A stretch of DNA of 64,000 nucleotides from an uncultured Candidatus Saccharibacteria bacterium (GTDB taxonomy: Bacteria; Patescibacteriota; WWE3; UBA101185; UBA10185): NCBI GenBank assembly GCA_964643995.1, contig CAZXUJ010000002.1, forward strand, positions 114,125 through 178,124. Direction: 5' to 3'. The notes under the pieces are model-generated. The model had not been told where the DNA came from, searched no databases, and saw nothing but the letters and a program-made list of their open reading frames with translations. Made by a program: the position numbers and the translations under genes. Shown in pieces: positions 48,581-59,363 of the stretch. How positions within the stretch are numbered: the first letter of the stretch is position 1; each line of letters begins with the position of its first letter.

Positions 48581-50419
48581 ATGGCTATGGACAAAGAAAA
48601 AACCACAAAAAAGAGCTTTCGAGCACAAATATTGGAACTTCAAGAAATTCTGAGGATATCCGTCAGAATGTGGAACTATGGGTTCAAAAATGCAAAGTCA
48701 AACACAATCGGCTTTTTCGTCACGGTATTGCTTGTTTCTTTCATACCTTATGGACTAAACAAACTTTGGACATTATCATTGGATGCCTTAATACTTGCAG
48801 GAGACAACAAAAGCTATGTTTTAGCAATATTTATCCTCTACGTTGTAGGTATAGCTATTGAGAAGATATTGTGGGTTTTGACTGACTACTTCGAAAGATC
48901 AAACTACTACATGATTCACAGAAGCATGTCCTACGACATGTCAAAAAAACTTGCCGAACTAGACATTCAATATTATGAAAACCCAAAGTTTAACAATCTG
49001 TTACAAAAAGTTAGCGAGAGTTATGGGTGGCGAGCAAATGACTTTTTGAACAGAATTTTCTGGGTAATTAGAGATGTTGTTGGATTAATTATTGCAGTAG
49101 CTATTATGGTCAGCTTTTCGCCGCTAGCTGTTTTGATTATTGTCATAATCTCAATACCTGAGGTACTAAACAAACTAAAGTATGGACGTCAGGGCTGGGC
49201 AATATGGGATCTTGAGGGCGAATCCAGAAGAAATTACTACGATACCTTGTCCTTATTAAACAGGGAAAACTCATTATTTGAGATAAAAATTTATAACACT
49301 AAGCAATATCTCTTAAACATAATCAAAACTGTATACGACGGTTTTATTTCCAAACAAGAAAAGGCAGAGAAAAAGGGAATTATAACCTCTGGAATAATTT
49401 CTCTCATCATCCCTATAGGGTATGGGATTATCGGATACATGTTGATAAACAGTTTCATAACTGGGGGCATATCTGTTGGAAGTTTCGCATTCTATATGGC
49501 AACTGTATTGCAGTTTTCTTCATCTTTTTCTAACTTTTTGAGAAATGTTACAACTAACGTAGAGCATGGACTATACGTTATAGACATTTTTAAGGTTCTG
49601 GATCTGGAGAAATTTATTGTTAACGGTTCAAAAACATTGGAATACAAAGAAATACCCCCAAAAATAGAGTTTCAAGGGGTTTCGTTCAAATACCCAAGTT
49701 CAGACAAATATGTATTTAAAGACCTAGATTTCACTATTAATCCAGGAGAAAACATTGCGCTTGTAGGTAAAAATGGTGCTGGTAAGACCACGCTCGTTAA
49801 ACTATTGTGCCGTTTCTACGATGTTACCGAGGGAAAGATATTAGTTGACGGCATAGATATAAAAGAACTAGACATAGATTCTCTATATAAAAAGATCTCT
49901 CTTCTAACCCAAGATTTTGTACGGTATCATTTTGACGCTAAGACAAACATTGGCTTGGGAGACATAGATAACATGGATGATTACCAAAGGGTAGAGGAGG
50001 CAGCCCGCAAAGGCGGGGCTCACGATTTTATATCCAATGATTTCACCAAGAAGTATGATCAGGTGTTGTCCAAACGCTACAATGAGGGAACTGAACCTTC
50101 AGTTGGACAATGGCAAAAAATAGCTTTATCAAGAGCATTCTTCAAAAATGCACCCATAATAATCCTAGACGAACCAACCAGCGCAATAGATCCAAAGGCA
50201 GAGGCACAGATATTTGATAACATTTTTAGGGGAGAAAAAACCAACCAAGATAAAACTATAATTACTGTTTCTCATAGGTTTTCAACTGTGAGAAATGCGG
50301 ATAAAATTATAGTTATGGAAAACGGCAAAATTGCAGAACAAGGAACACACAAAGAACTTATGCAATTAAACGGAATATACAAAGAAGCATTCGAATTGCA
50401 AAAAAGAGGTTACGAATAG
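48581..50419 (+). CDS. ABC exporter, fused permease/ATPase
   Basis: N-terminal TM domain; GKNGAGKT, PSVGQWQK, ILDEPT, SHR. Confidence 0.92.
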   Translation: MAMDKEKTTKKSFRAQILELQEILRISVRMWNYGFKNAKSNTIGFFVTVLLVSFIPYGLNKLWTLSLDALILAGDNKSYVLAIFILYVVGIAIEKILWVLTDYFERSNYYMIHRSMSYDMSKKLAELDIQYYENPKFNNLLQKVSESYGWRANDFLNRIFWVIRDVVGLIIAVAIMVSFSPLAVLIIVIISIPEVLNKLKYGRQGWAIWDLEGESRRNYYDTLSLLNRENSLFEIKIYNTKQYLLNIIKTVYDGFISKQEKAEKKGIITSGIISLIIPIGYGIIGYMLINSFITGGISVGSFAFYMATVLQFSSSFSNFLRNVTTNVEHGLYVIDIFKVLDLEKFIVNGSKTLEYKEIPPKIEFQGVSFKYPSSDKYVFKDLDFTINPGENIALVGKNGAGKTTLVKLLCRFYDVTEGKILVDGIDIKELDIDSLYKKISLLTQDFVRYHFDAKTNIGLGDIDNMDDYQRVEEAARKGGAHDFISNDFTKKYDQVLSKRYNEGTEPSVGQWQKIALSRAFFKNAPIIILDEPTSAIDPKAEAQIFDNIFRGEKTNQDKTIITVSHRFSTVRNADKIIVMENGKIAEQGTHKELMQLNGIYKEAFELQKRGYE

Positions 50420-50433
50420 TCTCCAGATAAAAC

Positions 50434-50735
50434 ATGAACAAATATATTTATTCTGCAAAAAGGGCCTAATCGATTCGGCAGCTTATCCAAGTAGGTTTTT
50501 CTCGAATATATGGATAGACGACATCTCGCTATGGTTTACTTCTTTTTTAGGCTTGTTACTCAAATACTATTTCAAACCTGCGTGCCATTCATGCTAATAG
50601 AAGCAAAAATAATGCAGATGGCCGAATACAGATCAGATATGCTTACTATGCTAACGAGCTCCTATGGCTACAACATACTATCTTTAATATTTTTAAAAAA
50701 GCTATTTGGGTTTTACCTAAGCTCACAAACAATAT
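50434..50735 (+). pseudogene. Possible decayed fragments of ABC-2 (DUF990-like) permease genes
   Basis: Broken frames give MNKYIYSAK/GLIDSAAYPSRFF and AKIMQMAEYRSDMLTMLTSSYGYNILSLIF; resemblance by eye only. Confidence 0.3.
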
Positions 50736-52103
50736 TTATTGGTTTAACGTGGGTTCTATGGGCGAGGGGTTTGAAAAACTACTCTTCTGTAAGTAGCTAA
50801 AAGGTTTTATAACCAATAAGTGCACAAATACAAACAAAAGCAAATACGTATTCGTATAAAAACCATGTACAAAAGGCAGTAAAATTGCAAAAAAAAGAGC
50901 TAAAGATTCTCTGTCATATCTTATCAATAACAAAGGGAAAAACCATAGATAATACCAAGGAGTGACCCAACTGGTGGAGGATATCAAGAGGAGTATTGGT
51001 AAGATAAAAGCCTCATACTTCTTGTTTTTCTCCCATAGTATTACAGACAATAAAACTAAAACTGGAAGAACAAAGGGCGAAATACTACCGGAAATACCAA
51101 TGAAGTTTTTAACTCCCACAAGCACCCCATATACAGGATAACTGTCAGCTACAGCAAAGTTTATTTGGAAGGATAAACCGTGGAACAGGCTTAAAAAATC
51201 CCAATTATTTACTAGAAACGGAAGATAGCTCAAAACTACTAGTGTAAGTGAGGCCAAACCGTATTTGGCCATCTCGAAAAAGGCGCCTCTTAGGGCGTCA
51301 CGTGAACTACGAAACCAGTCCCATAAAACTAGTGGAAGCAACAATAAAGTAACGTATTTTATAAGAAAACCAAGCACCAAAGCCAACACAGCAAATCTGT
51401 GTTTTTTTTGGGTAAGAAAAAAATATGCAGCACAAATTGAAAGCATTACAAAGATATCGTTGTGCAAGTCTACCAACCCAAATACCAAAATAGGCGCTGA
51501 AAAAAGATAGGCTAAAAGCTTGTTCAATTTCATGTTTTGGCGAGGTAACCCCTCTGCATTCAAGAGTTTGTTCATAAAATGTAATGTCAAAAGTATTGGG
51601 AGCATCCAGATAATCCTCAAAATAAAAAAAGTGGCTCCAGTGGAGAGATTAAGAGTTAGTGGTAATGCATACAGTAGTACACTTAGCGGACCGTGCGTCA
51701 TAGGTACGTAATGCCACGCTGCAAAAATCGAATAGGCGGAAGATGGCGTCTCAGTAAGAGGTTGCAAATATGGATTAAACCCCTGAAGAAAATTGTAGGC
51801 ATTGGCAAGATTCCAATACACATCCGTAGACTGTATTGGCCCCATAAACATCACAATTATAAACAAAACAACTAACAGAGCTATCACAAAATAATCACCA
51901 CTTATCGGTTCCGTAGTGGTTTTGAACGCCAGATACCCTAACAAACCAAGTGCCACCTCAATATATGCCCGGCATCAGAAGCAACACGAAATGCATTGCC
52001 TATACCAAAAAAAAGCGAAATGTTTAAGAAAAAATAACAGTAAATGCTTACATAAAGTATAAACAGAAACCTAGGCAATACTTTTTTTTTTAAAAAACAG
52101 CAT
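50736..52103 (-). CDS. GT-C glycosyltransferase (MptB/DUF2029-like) with frameshifted 5' region
   Basis: Main frame 50736..51956: STDVY, THGPL, HNDIF, IKY, PWYYLW; N-terminal TM lies in other frames up to ATG 52103. Confidence 0.7.
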
Positions 52104-52149
52104 GCAAATATTTTACACACTATACACTTTTTAATGCAAGGGAGCCTAT

Positions 52150-52759
52150 AATCGCGTTTCAACATCTGGAGCATCTGATTTAGCAGGCTCGATAAAAAGC
52201 GGGTAAATTACTAAAGATTTAGTTAGGCCACTAAACTATATTAACCTTAACATCCCAAGAAATTACATCGGAGCACTATTTGGGACTATTGGTAACCTCA
52301 TAGCTATTTTGCTGTTTTCCGTCTTTTTATGCAAATCACTATAACTTATAGCGTTTAAGTAGTTGTGCCGGTAGGCTAAAAAAGCTTGTAACCACAGGAA
52401 CTACATCGCAAGACTTATAGTAATATCGCGGTGGATTTTGATTTACTCGAGGAGCTAACATGAATATCTGGTTCGTTAAGCCGGTGTTGGACCTGTTTTG
52501 GATATTGTTTCTTTTTCTTATTGGGCTCTGGGGATTTTTCAAAGATTCAATGTGGAAAGGCAGAGGAAAAACCTTGACATGGTTTGCAGACCTGATAGCA
52601 GTTTCAATAATGGATCTGCGGGCGCTTCTAAACAAAATATTCGGTTTACTGGCGATAGGACTCTGCACGAGTTATCTACTTGGAGTGCGAGCACTCATAA
52701 CCCGGGTAGTTTTCGAGAAAAGAAATTATAAGATTTCGTTTTTCAGGAAACATGAGTAA
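52150..52759 (+). pseudogene. Possible further ABC-2 permease remnants (includes ORF 52460..52759)
   Basis: IKSG*ITKDLVRPLNY and RGANMNIWFVKPVLDLF resemble the family's G.(L/M)D..L.[RK]P loop; stops present. Confidence 0.3.
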
Positions 52760-52809
52760 ATCCAAATCCACAAACAAAAAAAACCTGCCGAGTGTGATAT
52801 ATTATTCCC

Positions 52810-53751
52810 ATGAAAACTATAATAATAGGGCATAAGTCCCCAGACCTAGACGCTATTGCATCAGCGGTGCAATATGCTGAATTTTTAGAAAAATCAGGAA
52901 AAAATAAAAATATTGAGGTTGTACCTGCTAGAGCAGGGGAGCCTAACGCCGAAACTAAATATATTTTTGAAAGATTTGGCATTACGTTACCTGAAAACCT
53001 CGATAATATCGAAGTAACAGATGAAGATAAGTTCATTCTAGTGGACCACAATGAGGAGACACAAAGACACGAGAAAGTAAACCCAAGTAAAATCACGGAA
53101 CTAGTAGACCATCATAAAATAAACGTAAACTTTTCATCACCATTAAGAGTTGATGTCAGACCAGTAGGATCAACCAGTACCATAATTTATGAACTTTTTG
53201 AATCAGCAGGACTTGAAGCATCAAAAGGTATTTTAGGTTTGATGTTGTCAGGAATACTTTCCGATACTGTAGGATTGAAATCCAGTACAACTACAGGACT
53301 AGACTCGGATGTGGCACACAAAATTGCTGAAAAAATCGGCGAAGATCTAGATAAATTAACATTTGAAATTTTTAGGGCAAAATCTGATTTGACGGGTTTA
53401 TCAGCTTTTGAGATTGCCACAAAGGACTTTAAGGTTTTTGACTTTGGAGGTACTCCAGTATTCATCAATCAAGTAGAAACCGTAGAACCTGAGAAAGTTT
53501 TGGAAATGAAAGATGCGTTAACTGAAGCGTTAAACGAGGCTAAATCTCGGGAGGGCGCATCACAAGGCTACTTGGTAATAACTGATATCTTAAAAATCAA
53601 CTCGCAAGTTATTTATACTAACGATACCGAGAAGGAGATTGTGGAAAAGGCTTTTACAACAAAAGGCGAGGATAACGTAGCGGATATTGGGCCAAAGATG
53701 TCACGAAAAAAAGATATTGCACCGGCTATTGAAAAAATATTGGCAAAGTAG
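52810..53751 (+). CDS. ppaC: Mn-dependent inorganic pyrophosphatase (family II)
   Basis: GHKSPDLDA, VDHN, DHH, ILSDT, KDFK, MSRKK. Confidence 0.95.
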   Translation: MKTIIIGHKSPDLDAIASAVQYAEFLEKSGKNKNIEVVPARAGEPNAETKYIFERFGITLPENLDNIEVTDEDKFILVDHNEETQRHEKVNPSKITELVDHHKINVNFSSPLRVDVRPVGSTSTIIYELFESAGLEASKGILGLMLSGILSDTVGLKSSTTTGLDSDVAHKIAEKIGEDLDKLTFEIFRAKSDLTGLSAFEIATKDFKVFDFGGTPVFINQVETVEPEKVLEMKDALTEALNEAKSREGASQGYLVITDILKINSQVIYTNDTEKEIVEKAFTTKGEDNVADIGPKMSRKKDIAPAIEKILAK

Positions 53752-53766
53752 GCATTTATAGAATAT

Positions 53767-55401
53767 TTAGAAAGAAACTACAGCAGGATTGTACAAGGGG
53801 CTGACTAAATTTTTTCCTGGACGTGTCGTTTGCTTAATCTTAAGTTTGACCTCTTCAGAAACATCATCGGGAACTTCAGGTAATTCAGCTATCATTGCAA
53901 CCACGTATCTACCTAGCCGATCAAAAGCGTTACTCCATATAGCAGATTCAGAGGCATTTCTCGCAATCATTTGTAAATAGCTTTTGTCGCCTAAGGCATT
54001 TGCTTCTTGGGCAGCCAATACATCTGAAAAACGATCGCCATGCGGTTTTATCCCGTCAGGCAGACGGCTCATATATTGAGCTGCTAATAACATACCTGTC
54101 ACTTTATCTACCATAGCAGGACTCAAATCTTGCTGGGTCCTCAAGGCTATGTTAAGAGCCTTGATACCATCTGCATGCGCATCCAGAGTCCCAATAGCCT
54201 CCGGATTCATATATCTTTTGACACGATCTCCTAACTCTTGTTCCGTGATATCCTCTACAGCGCGACCACGTGTTTGAGCTTCCTTTTTAATTTGATCATA
54301 AGCCAGCTCGCGAATTGATCCTTCGGCAACTGCCTGCGCATTATTTAGCATTCCTGTGAATACCTCATTTACGCCATTTCCTAAAGCATCACGAAAGGCA
54401 GTTTTAACTTCAGGGCGACTAAGCACTGAAGAAAATTTTGTTGCTAATTCATATGTTTCAACGGCTTGCTCGCGCTCAATCCTCTCTTCGGGGGTTAGAG
54501 CAACAGGTACTGATTCAGTTTCAGAATTTTCCAAACGACCACGATGCGATGAGGCAGCTTGATCAAGCACGGCATTACCCCTCACTGTTAACATACGACC
54601 TTTGGCATAAACTTTTTTCAAAACACTAAGACGAGACTTCAAACCAGAACCCGTCATAGTTTTACGAGCATGTTCGGCTGCAGTCAATGCTGCTTCTGAG
54701 ACTGAATGCCCTAGCGCAGCATAGTTGTCAGCAAAGGTTACTAAATCTGTGAACTCTATAGGGCTTTCTTCCTCGGAAACTTCAGTGATGAATGATCCAA
54801 AATCGATACCATTCTGTGCGAGCTGAGAATCTAAGGCAAGCACAAAGCCCTCACGCTGTTGCATATTGTCATACCTCTTGGTGGAACCCTCTTTGTAACG
54901 ACCAAATTTGGATGGATCCTCCAACAAGGTTGAAGGTTTTTCAACAGATGCAGCTTGAAGCAAAGCTGGGGAAAACATTCTAGAAAATGCTACATTAGTG
55001 CTAGTTTTGAAAGCCGGACGCTTTTCGTCAGGTAAGGCCCTCAGTAATTCGGAAGCAAGTTCACGGACGACACGAAGCTCCGTAAGCATAGTATCCAACT
55101 GGCGTCTCCTTACTACTATATCCTCAGCCTGCTGTAAAATCCTTTCATAAAAATCCTGTTCCTCACGGGTTCTGCTAGAACGAGTCGTATAATGCTCAGC
55201 ATTCATAGCATCCCGTAAAACCAAGGATTCAACTGCTTCTCTATATACGAATTCCTCTGCCTGTCTATCTTCCAAAGTAGGATCTTCATACAGTGTTTGT
55301 ATTTGGGATTTTTCGGTAGGGGCATTCTCAGTAACAACTTCGGGTGCAGGTACAGCATGTTGTTCTAAAAGATTTTGTGGTAATGACTTTTCATCGGGCA
55401 T
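53767..55401 (-). CDS. Large helical hypothetical protein
   Basis: 544-aa ORF with TATCAT-N6-ATG; no motif recognised. Confidence 0.75.
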   Translation of the reverse strand: MPDEKSLPQNLLEQHAVPAPEVVTENAPTEKSQIQTLYEDPTLEDRQAEEFVYREAVESLVLRDAMNAEHYTTRSSRTREEQDFYERILQQAEDIVVRRRQLDTMLTELRVVRELASELLRALPDEKRPAFKTSTNVAFSRMFSPALLQAASVEKPSTLLEDPSKFGRYKEGSTKRYDNMQQREGFVLALDSQLAQNGIDFGSFITEVSEEESPIEFTDLVTFADNYAALGHSVSEAALTAAEHARKTMTGSGLKSRLSVLKKVYAKGRMLTVRGNAVLDQAASSHRGRLENSETESVPVALTPEERIEREQAVETYELATKFSSVLSRPEVKTAFRDALGNGVNEVFTGMLNNAQAVAEGSIRELAYDQIKKEAQTRGRAVEDITEQELGDRVKRYMNPEAIGTLDAHADGIKALNIALRTQQDLSPAMVDKVTGMLLAAQYMSRLPDGIKPHGDRFSDVLAAQEANALGDKSYLQMIARNASESAIWSNAFDRLGRYVVAMIAELPEVPDDVSEEVKLKIKQTTRPGKNLVSPLYNPAVVSF

Positions 55402-55500
55402 GACTAAATGATAATGGAAATAAATAACATTGTAAATAGTTCGTTTGCCTCTACGAGATCAATTGAATCAACAAGTGAAAACTGCTATGATATCTAGGCC

Positions 55501-58116
55501 ATGGCAAATAACGACGCAATAACAGGAATAATTCCAGAAACTGAAGAACAAACTAACCCCAATATCCGAAAAACAGACATCACAACCGAGATGCAAAAAG
55601 CATACCTTGACTACGCAATGTCTGTTATTGTTTCAAGAGCACTTCCAGACGTTAGAGATGGGTTAAAGCCAGTACAACGAAGGATTATCTATTCCATGCA
55701 AGAAAATAATATGGCAGCTTCAGGAAAGTTTCATAAGTGCGCTACAGTTGTTGGAGGTGTAATCGGACACTATCACCCTCACGGCGATGTCTCAGTATAT
55801 GACGCTTTAGTAAGAATGGGACAGGATTGGACCCTGAGGTATCCACTTATTTGGCCACAAGGAAACTTTGGAAGCATAGATAATGACCCCCCAGCAGCTA
55901 TGAGGTATACCGAGTGCAAACTTGAAAAAATCTCCGAGGAACTTTTTAAAGACATCCAACACGAAACTGTGGATTTTGAACTAAACGACCTTCAAAATTA
56001 TGAGCCTAAATATTTGCCATCATTGTTACCAAATCTATTGCTGATGGGGGCATCCGGTATCGCAGTTGGTATGGCCACAAACATACCACCACATAACTTA
56101 GGTGAAGTAGTAGATGGCATAAATCACATGATTGCTAATGCAGATATAATAGGCCATAAACCTGGAAAAGATGACGAAATAACTTTAGACCTAGGATTTA
56201 TTCAGTACAAAGTAAAAACCGCCAAAACCGACTTTTCTTCAAAGGCTACTGTCGAAGAGTTAGTGAAATTTATTCAAGGACCAGACTTTCCAACAGGAGG
56301 AGTCATTTATGACCAAAAAGAACTTATTCAGATGTATGCAACCGGAAAGGGCAGGGTAGTAACACGCGCAAAAATGGAGACGGAAGAGACTAAATCCGGA
56401 AAGACCAAACTTATTGTTACTGAAATTCCATATCAGGTGAACAAGGCTGCATTGATTGAAAAAATAGCCGAGCTTGTAAAGGATAAGCGAATAAATGGAA
56501 TTTCTGATCTAAGAGACGAATCAAGCAGTAGAGGGGGCATGCGAATTTCTATCGAACTAAGAAAAGATGCACTGGTTAAGAAAATCCAGAACCAACTTTT
56601 TAAATATAGCCCTTTGCAGAGCACTTTCAACACCAACATGGTGGCTCTTCTGAATGGGGAACCAAAACTTATGACTCTAAAGTTTATTCTTGAGGAGTTT
56701 ATCAAGCACAGGCAGGAGGTTATTGTTAAGAGGTGTCTGTTTTTCCTTAAGAAGCATAAGGCGCGAGAACATATTTTACTCGGATTAAAGATAGCTTTAG
56801 ATAATCTTGATGAGGTTATAAAGCTCATCAGAAGCAGTAAGGACGCGGAAACAGCTAAAAACGGTTTAATGACCAAATTCAAGCTCACTGATATACAGGC
56901 ACAAGCAATACTGGATATGCAATTACGCAAGCTTGCAGCTCTGGAAAGACAAAAAATAGAGGATGAACTCAAAGAGGTTACAAGCTATATCGCAGATTTA
57001 GAAGATCTAGTAGCCTCACCAGACAGAATTTTGAAAACAGTTAAGGACGAATTGACGGAACTAAAACAAAAATATGGAGATCCAAGGAAAACCAAACTTA
57101 TCAAATCCAAGCTTGGAGACATAGAAGAAACTGACCTCATACCTAATGAAAAATGCATCATTACAATCTCAAGGAGTGGGTATATAAAACGAATGAAGGA
57201 AGACACCTATAAAATACAAGGTAGGGGCGGAAAAGGCGTCAAAGGACAAGATCTAAAGGAAGAAGATGTAATAGATGCTATAAAACCCTGCCATACACAT
57301 GATTGGGCGTTATTTTTCACAAATACAGGGAAGGTTTATAAACTAAGAGCATGGGAGATTCCGGAAACACAACGTCAAGCTAAAGGTACTGCACTTGTAA
57401 ACTTTCTTAACATAGCAAGTGTGGAAAAAATCGAGGTTTTCTTTGTAGTTACCGACGAAATGCTATCGCATAAGGAAGCATTTATTTTATTTGGTACTAA
57501 AAAGGGAACTATCAAGAAAACCCCAGTGGTCGAGTTTGCTAACATCCGTGCGTCTGGCATCGCAGCAATAAAAGTAAACAATGGTGATAGTTTAACGTGG
57601 GCTAACTATCTTAAGGAAGAGGCAGACATAGTAATGATTACCTCACGTGGACAATCGATAAGATTTGACCAGGATGACCTTAGACCAATGGGAAGAGTAG
57701 CAGCTGGTGTCAGGGGCATAAAACTTACTAAAAGCGACGACGAGGTTATAGGTATGGACATAGTACCTAAAACGGATAAAGGTGTTAACCTAATGATAGT
57801 TTCATCCGGGGGTTACGGCAAAAGATCCCCACTAAGTGAGTACAAAACACAGAATAGGGGAGGATCTGGAATTTTGACATACAAGGTATCAGATAAAACT
57901 GGGAAGCTAGTTGCAGGTAGAGTGCTCTCAACCGATACTGAGACAGATATATTGATAGCAACAAACTCTGGTAAATTTATCAGACTTGGTACAAAAGAGG
58001 TGCCTGAGCTAGGTAGAGCTACAATGGGAGTAAGACTTATAAAACTCGATTCAGGCGACAAAGTTACATCTGTGGCAGTACTCGAAAACAATGACCAACT
58101 CGAAGACCATAAATAG
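55501..58116 (+). CDS. gyrA: DNA gyrase subunit A
   Basis: DGLKPVQRR, HPHGD, AAMRYTE, GyrA-box QGRGGKG, beta-pinwheel repeats. Confidence 0.97.
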   Translation: MANNDAITGIIPETEEQTNPNIRKTDITTEMQKAYLDYAMSVIVSRALPDVRDGLKPVQRRIIYSMQENNMAASGKFHKCATVVGGVIGHYHPHGDVSVYDALVRMGQDWTLRYPLIWPQGNFGSIDNDPPAAMRYTECKLEKISEELFKDIQHETVDFELNDLQNYEPKYLPSLLPNLLLMGASGIAVGMATNIPPHNLGEVVDGINHMIANADIIGHKPGKDDEITLDLGFIQYKVKTAKTDFSSKATVEELVKFIQGPDFPTGGVIYDQKELIQMYATGKGRVVTRAKMETEETKSGKTKLIVTEIPYQVNKAALIEKIAELVKDKRINGISDLRDESSSRGGMRISIELRKDALVKKIQNQLFKYSPLQSTFNTNMVALLNGEPKLMTLKFILEEFIKHRQEVIVKRCLFFLKKHKAREHILLGLKIALDNLDEVIKLIRSSKDAETAKNGLMTKFKLTDIQAQAILDMQLRKLAALERQKIEDELKEVTSYIADLEDLVASPDRILKTVKDELTELKQKYGDPRKTKLIKSKLGDIEETDLIPNEKCIITISRSGYIKRMKEDTYKIQGRGGKGVKGQDLKEEDVIDAIKPCHTHDWALFFTNTGKVYKLRAWEIPETQRQAKGTALVNFLNIASVEKIEVFFVVTDEMLSHKEAFILFGTKKGTIKKTPVVEFANIRASGIAAIKVNNGDSLTWANYLKEEADIVMITSRGQSIRFDQDDLRPMGRVAAGVRGIKLTKSDDEVIGMDIVPKTDKGVNLMIVSSGGYGKRSPLSEYKTQNRGGSGILTYKVSDKTGKLVAGRVLSTDTETDILIATNSGKFIRLGTKEVPELGRATMGVRLIKLDSGDKVTSVAVLENNDQLEDHK

Positions 58117-58759
58117 AGTCCAATTCGAACTAGATTTAATAGGGAAAGGTGTAAACGTTATTGCCGGTGTTGATGAGGTGGGGAGGGGACCACTAGCCGG
58201 ACCCATGGTCACCGCAGCAGTGGCATTTAATAATGAAGATTTACTAGCCATCTCACAAAGTAGGGAAGTCAATAAACTATTTGGAATGATCAAAGACTCT
58301 AAAATACTTTCGGAGAGGCATAGAAATGAGTTAGGTTGCTTTATTCGTGAAACGGCATACGCATATAACATAGAGACAATTGACCGGGAAATAATAGACC
58401 AAAAGGGAATCAGTACAGCAACCCAAATTGGTTTTTTTAATGCTGTTAAAAAAATACCAAACTACCAACACGTTTTAACAGATAACTTTAAAATAAGTCT
58501 CATTGTAGAGACGAAACAAACAAACATTGTAAAGGGCGACAATTTGAGTATTTCCATTGGGGCCGCCTCCATAATAGCAAAGGTGTTCAGAGATGAAATT
58601 ATGGTTAAATATGCAGAAAAGTATCCGCAGTACGGATTTGAAAAACATAAGGGATACGGAACGAAGCAACATCTGGAAGCCATTTACAAGCATGGGGTAT
58701 GCGAAATTCACAGAAAAAGCTTTGAGCCGATTAAGACGATTTTAAGCACTCGGGCCTAA
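58091..58759 (+). CDS. rnhB: Ribonuclease HII
   Basis: GVDEVGRGPLAGP, DSK, KGD, AASIIAKV.RD, KGYGT, HRKSF. Confidence 0.96.
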   Translation: MTNSKTINRVQFELDLIGKGVNVIAGVDEVGRGPLAGPMVTAAVAFNNEDLLAISQSREVNKLFGMIKDSKILSERHRNELGCFIRETAYAYNIETIDREIIDQKGISTATQIGFFNAVKKIPNYQHVLTDNFKISLIVETKQTNIVKGDNLSISIGAASIIAKVFRDEIMVKYAEKYPQYGFEKHKGYGTKQHLEAIYKHGVCEIHRKSFEPIKTILSTRA

Positions 58760-59054
58760 TTTCTGACTTGAGTACAAACTTGTCGAAATGGTCGTTTAGA
58801 AAAGAGTAGAGGGTATCAAACCTTTGATCGAGCATTTCTTGCATCTCTGCCTTTAAGCTTATTCTCATACCTTTAAGCATATATTCCGTTTTTAGTTCCA
58901 AACGTTGCTCAAGCGCAGCGAGCTTTGCATCAAACCTACTTTCCAATGCAGTAAGCTTTGCATCAAACTTAGCATCTAAACGTGCTTCTAAAGCAGCATT
59001 GTTTACCTCAAACATGTTTTGGAGGATTTTGATGTCATTTCGTGTGAGTGCCAT
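58731..59054 (-). CDS. Small coiled-coil repeat protein
   Basis: LEARLDAKFDAKLTALESRFDAKLAALEQRL; TATAAT-N6-ATG at 59054. Confidence 0.7.
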   Translation of the reverse strand: MALTRNDIKILQNMFEVNNAALEARLDAKFDAKLTALESRFDAKLAALEQRLELKTEYMLKGMRISLKAEMQEMLDQRFDTLYSFLNDHFDKFVLKSEIRPECLKSS

Positions 59055-59323
59055 AATCGAATTATACATAGGGAACCAGATGTAACAAGAGTGAAAATTC
59101 TCTTTAGAATAGGAATAAAATCAGTACAAATGGAAACTAAAAATGTGCCAAAAGGCAAAAGTCTTCCTACAGAAAAGATTGTAGGACCACCTGAAGTAAG
59201 ACGAGAATCATTATGTGCTTTGCTTTTCTCTCTACGACTCATCACGAACTCTCCTTGGCCTAAGGCCCTATATTGGGTTATAAGCATTACAGGTATACCA
59301 CTCATGTTTGGATTTTTCAAGTT

Positions 59324-59352
59324 TTGACAAGATATACCTGTTCGACTAACAT
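59324..59352 (+). promoter_or_regulatory. Promoter of the ITPase fusion gene
   Basis: TTGACA-17 nt-TAACAT, 11 nt before ATG. Confidence 0.7.
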
Positions 59353-59363
59353 GTAGAAGTCAC

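Noticed and set aside
52460-52759. Independent SD-led membrane protein
   Set aside because: The apparent GAGGAG may be coding sequence of a decayed permease; kept only as a low-confidence remnant
59003-59327. Overlapping ORFs 59003..59320 (-) and 59019..59327 (+)
   Set aside because: No motifs and both overlap the 59054 gene start; only the minus-strand SD-led start at 59245/59242 is noted under the leader-motif finding
59080-59360. Purine riboswitch upstream of the ITPase fusion
   Set aside because: No purine aptamer consensus, and the promoter lies about 11 nt from the ATG, leaving no leader
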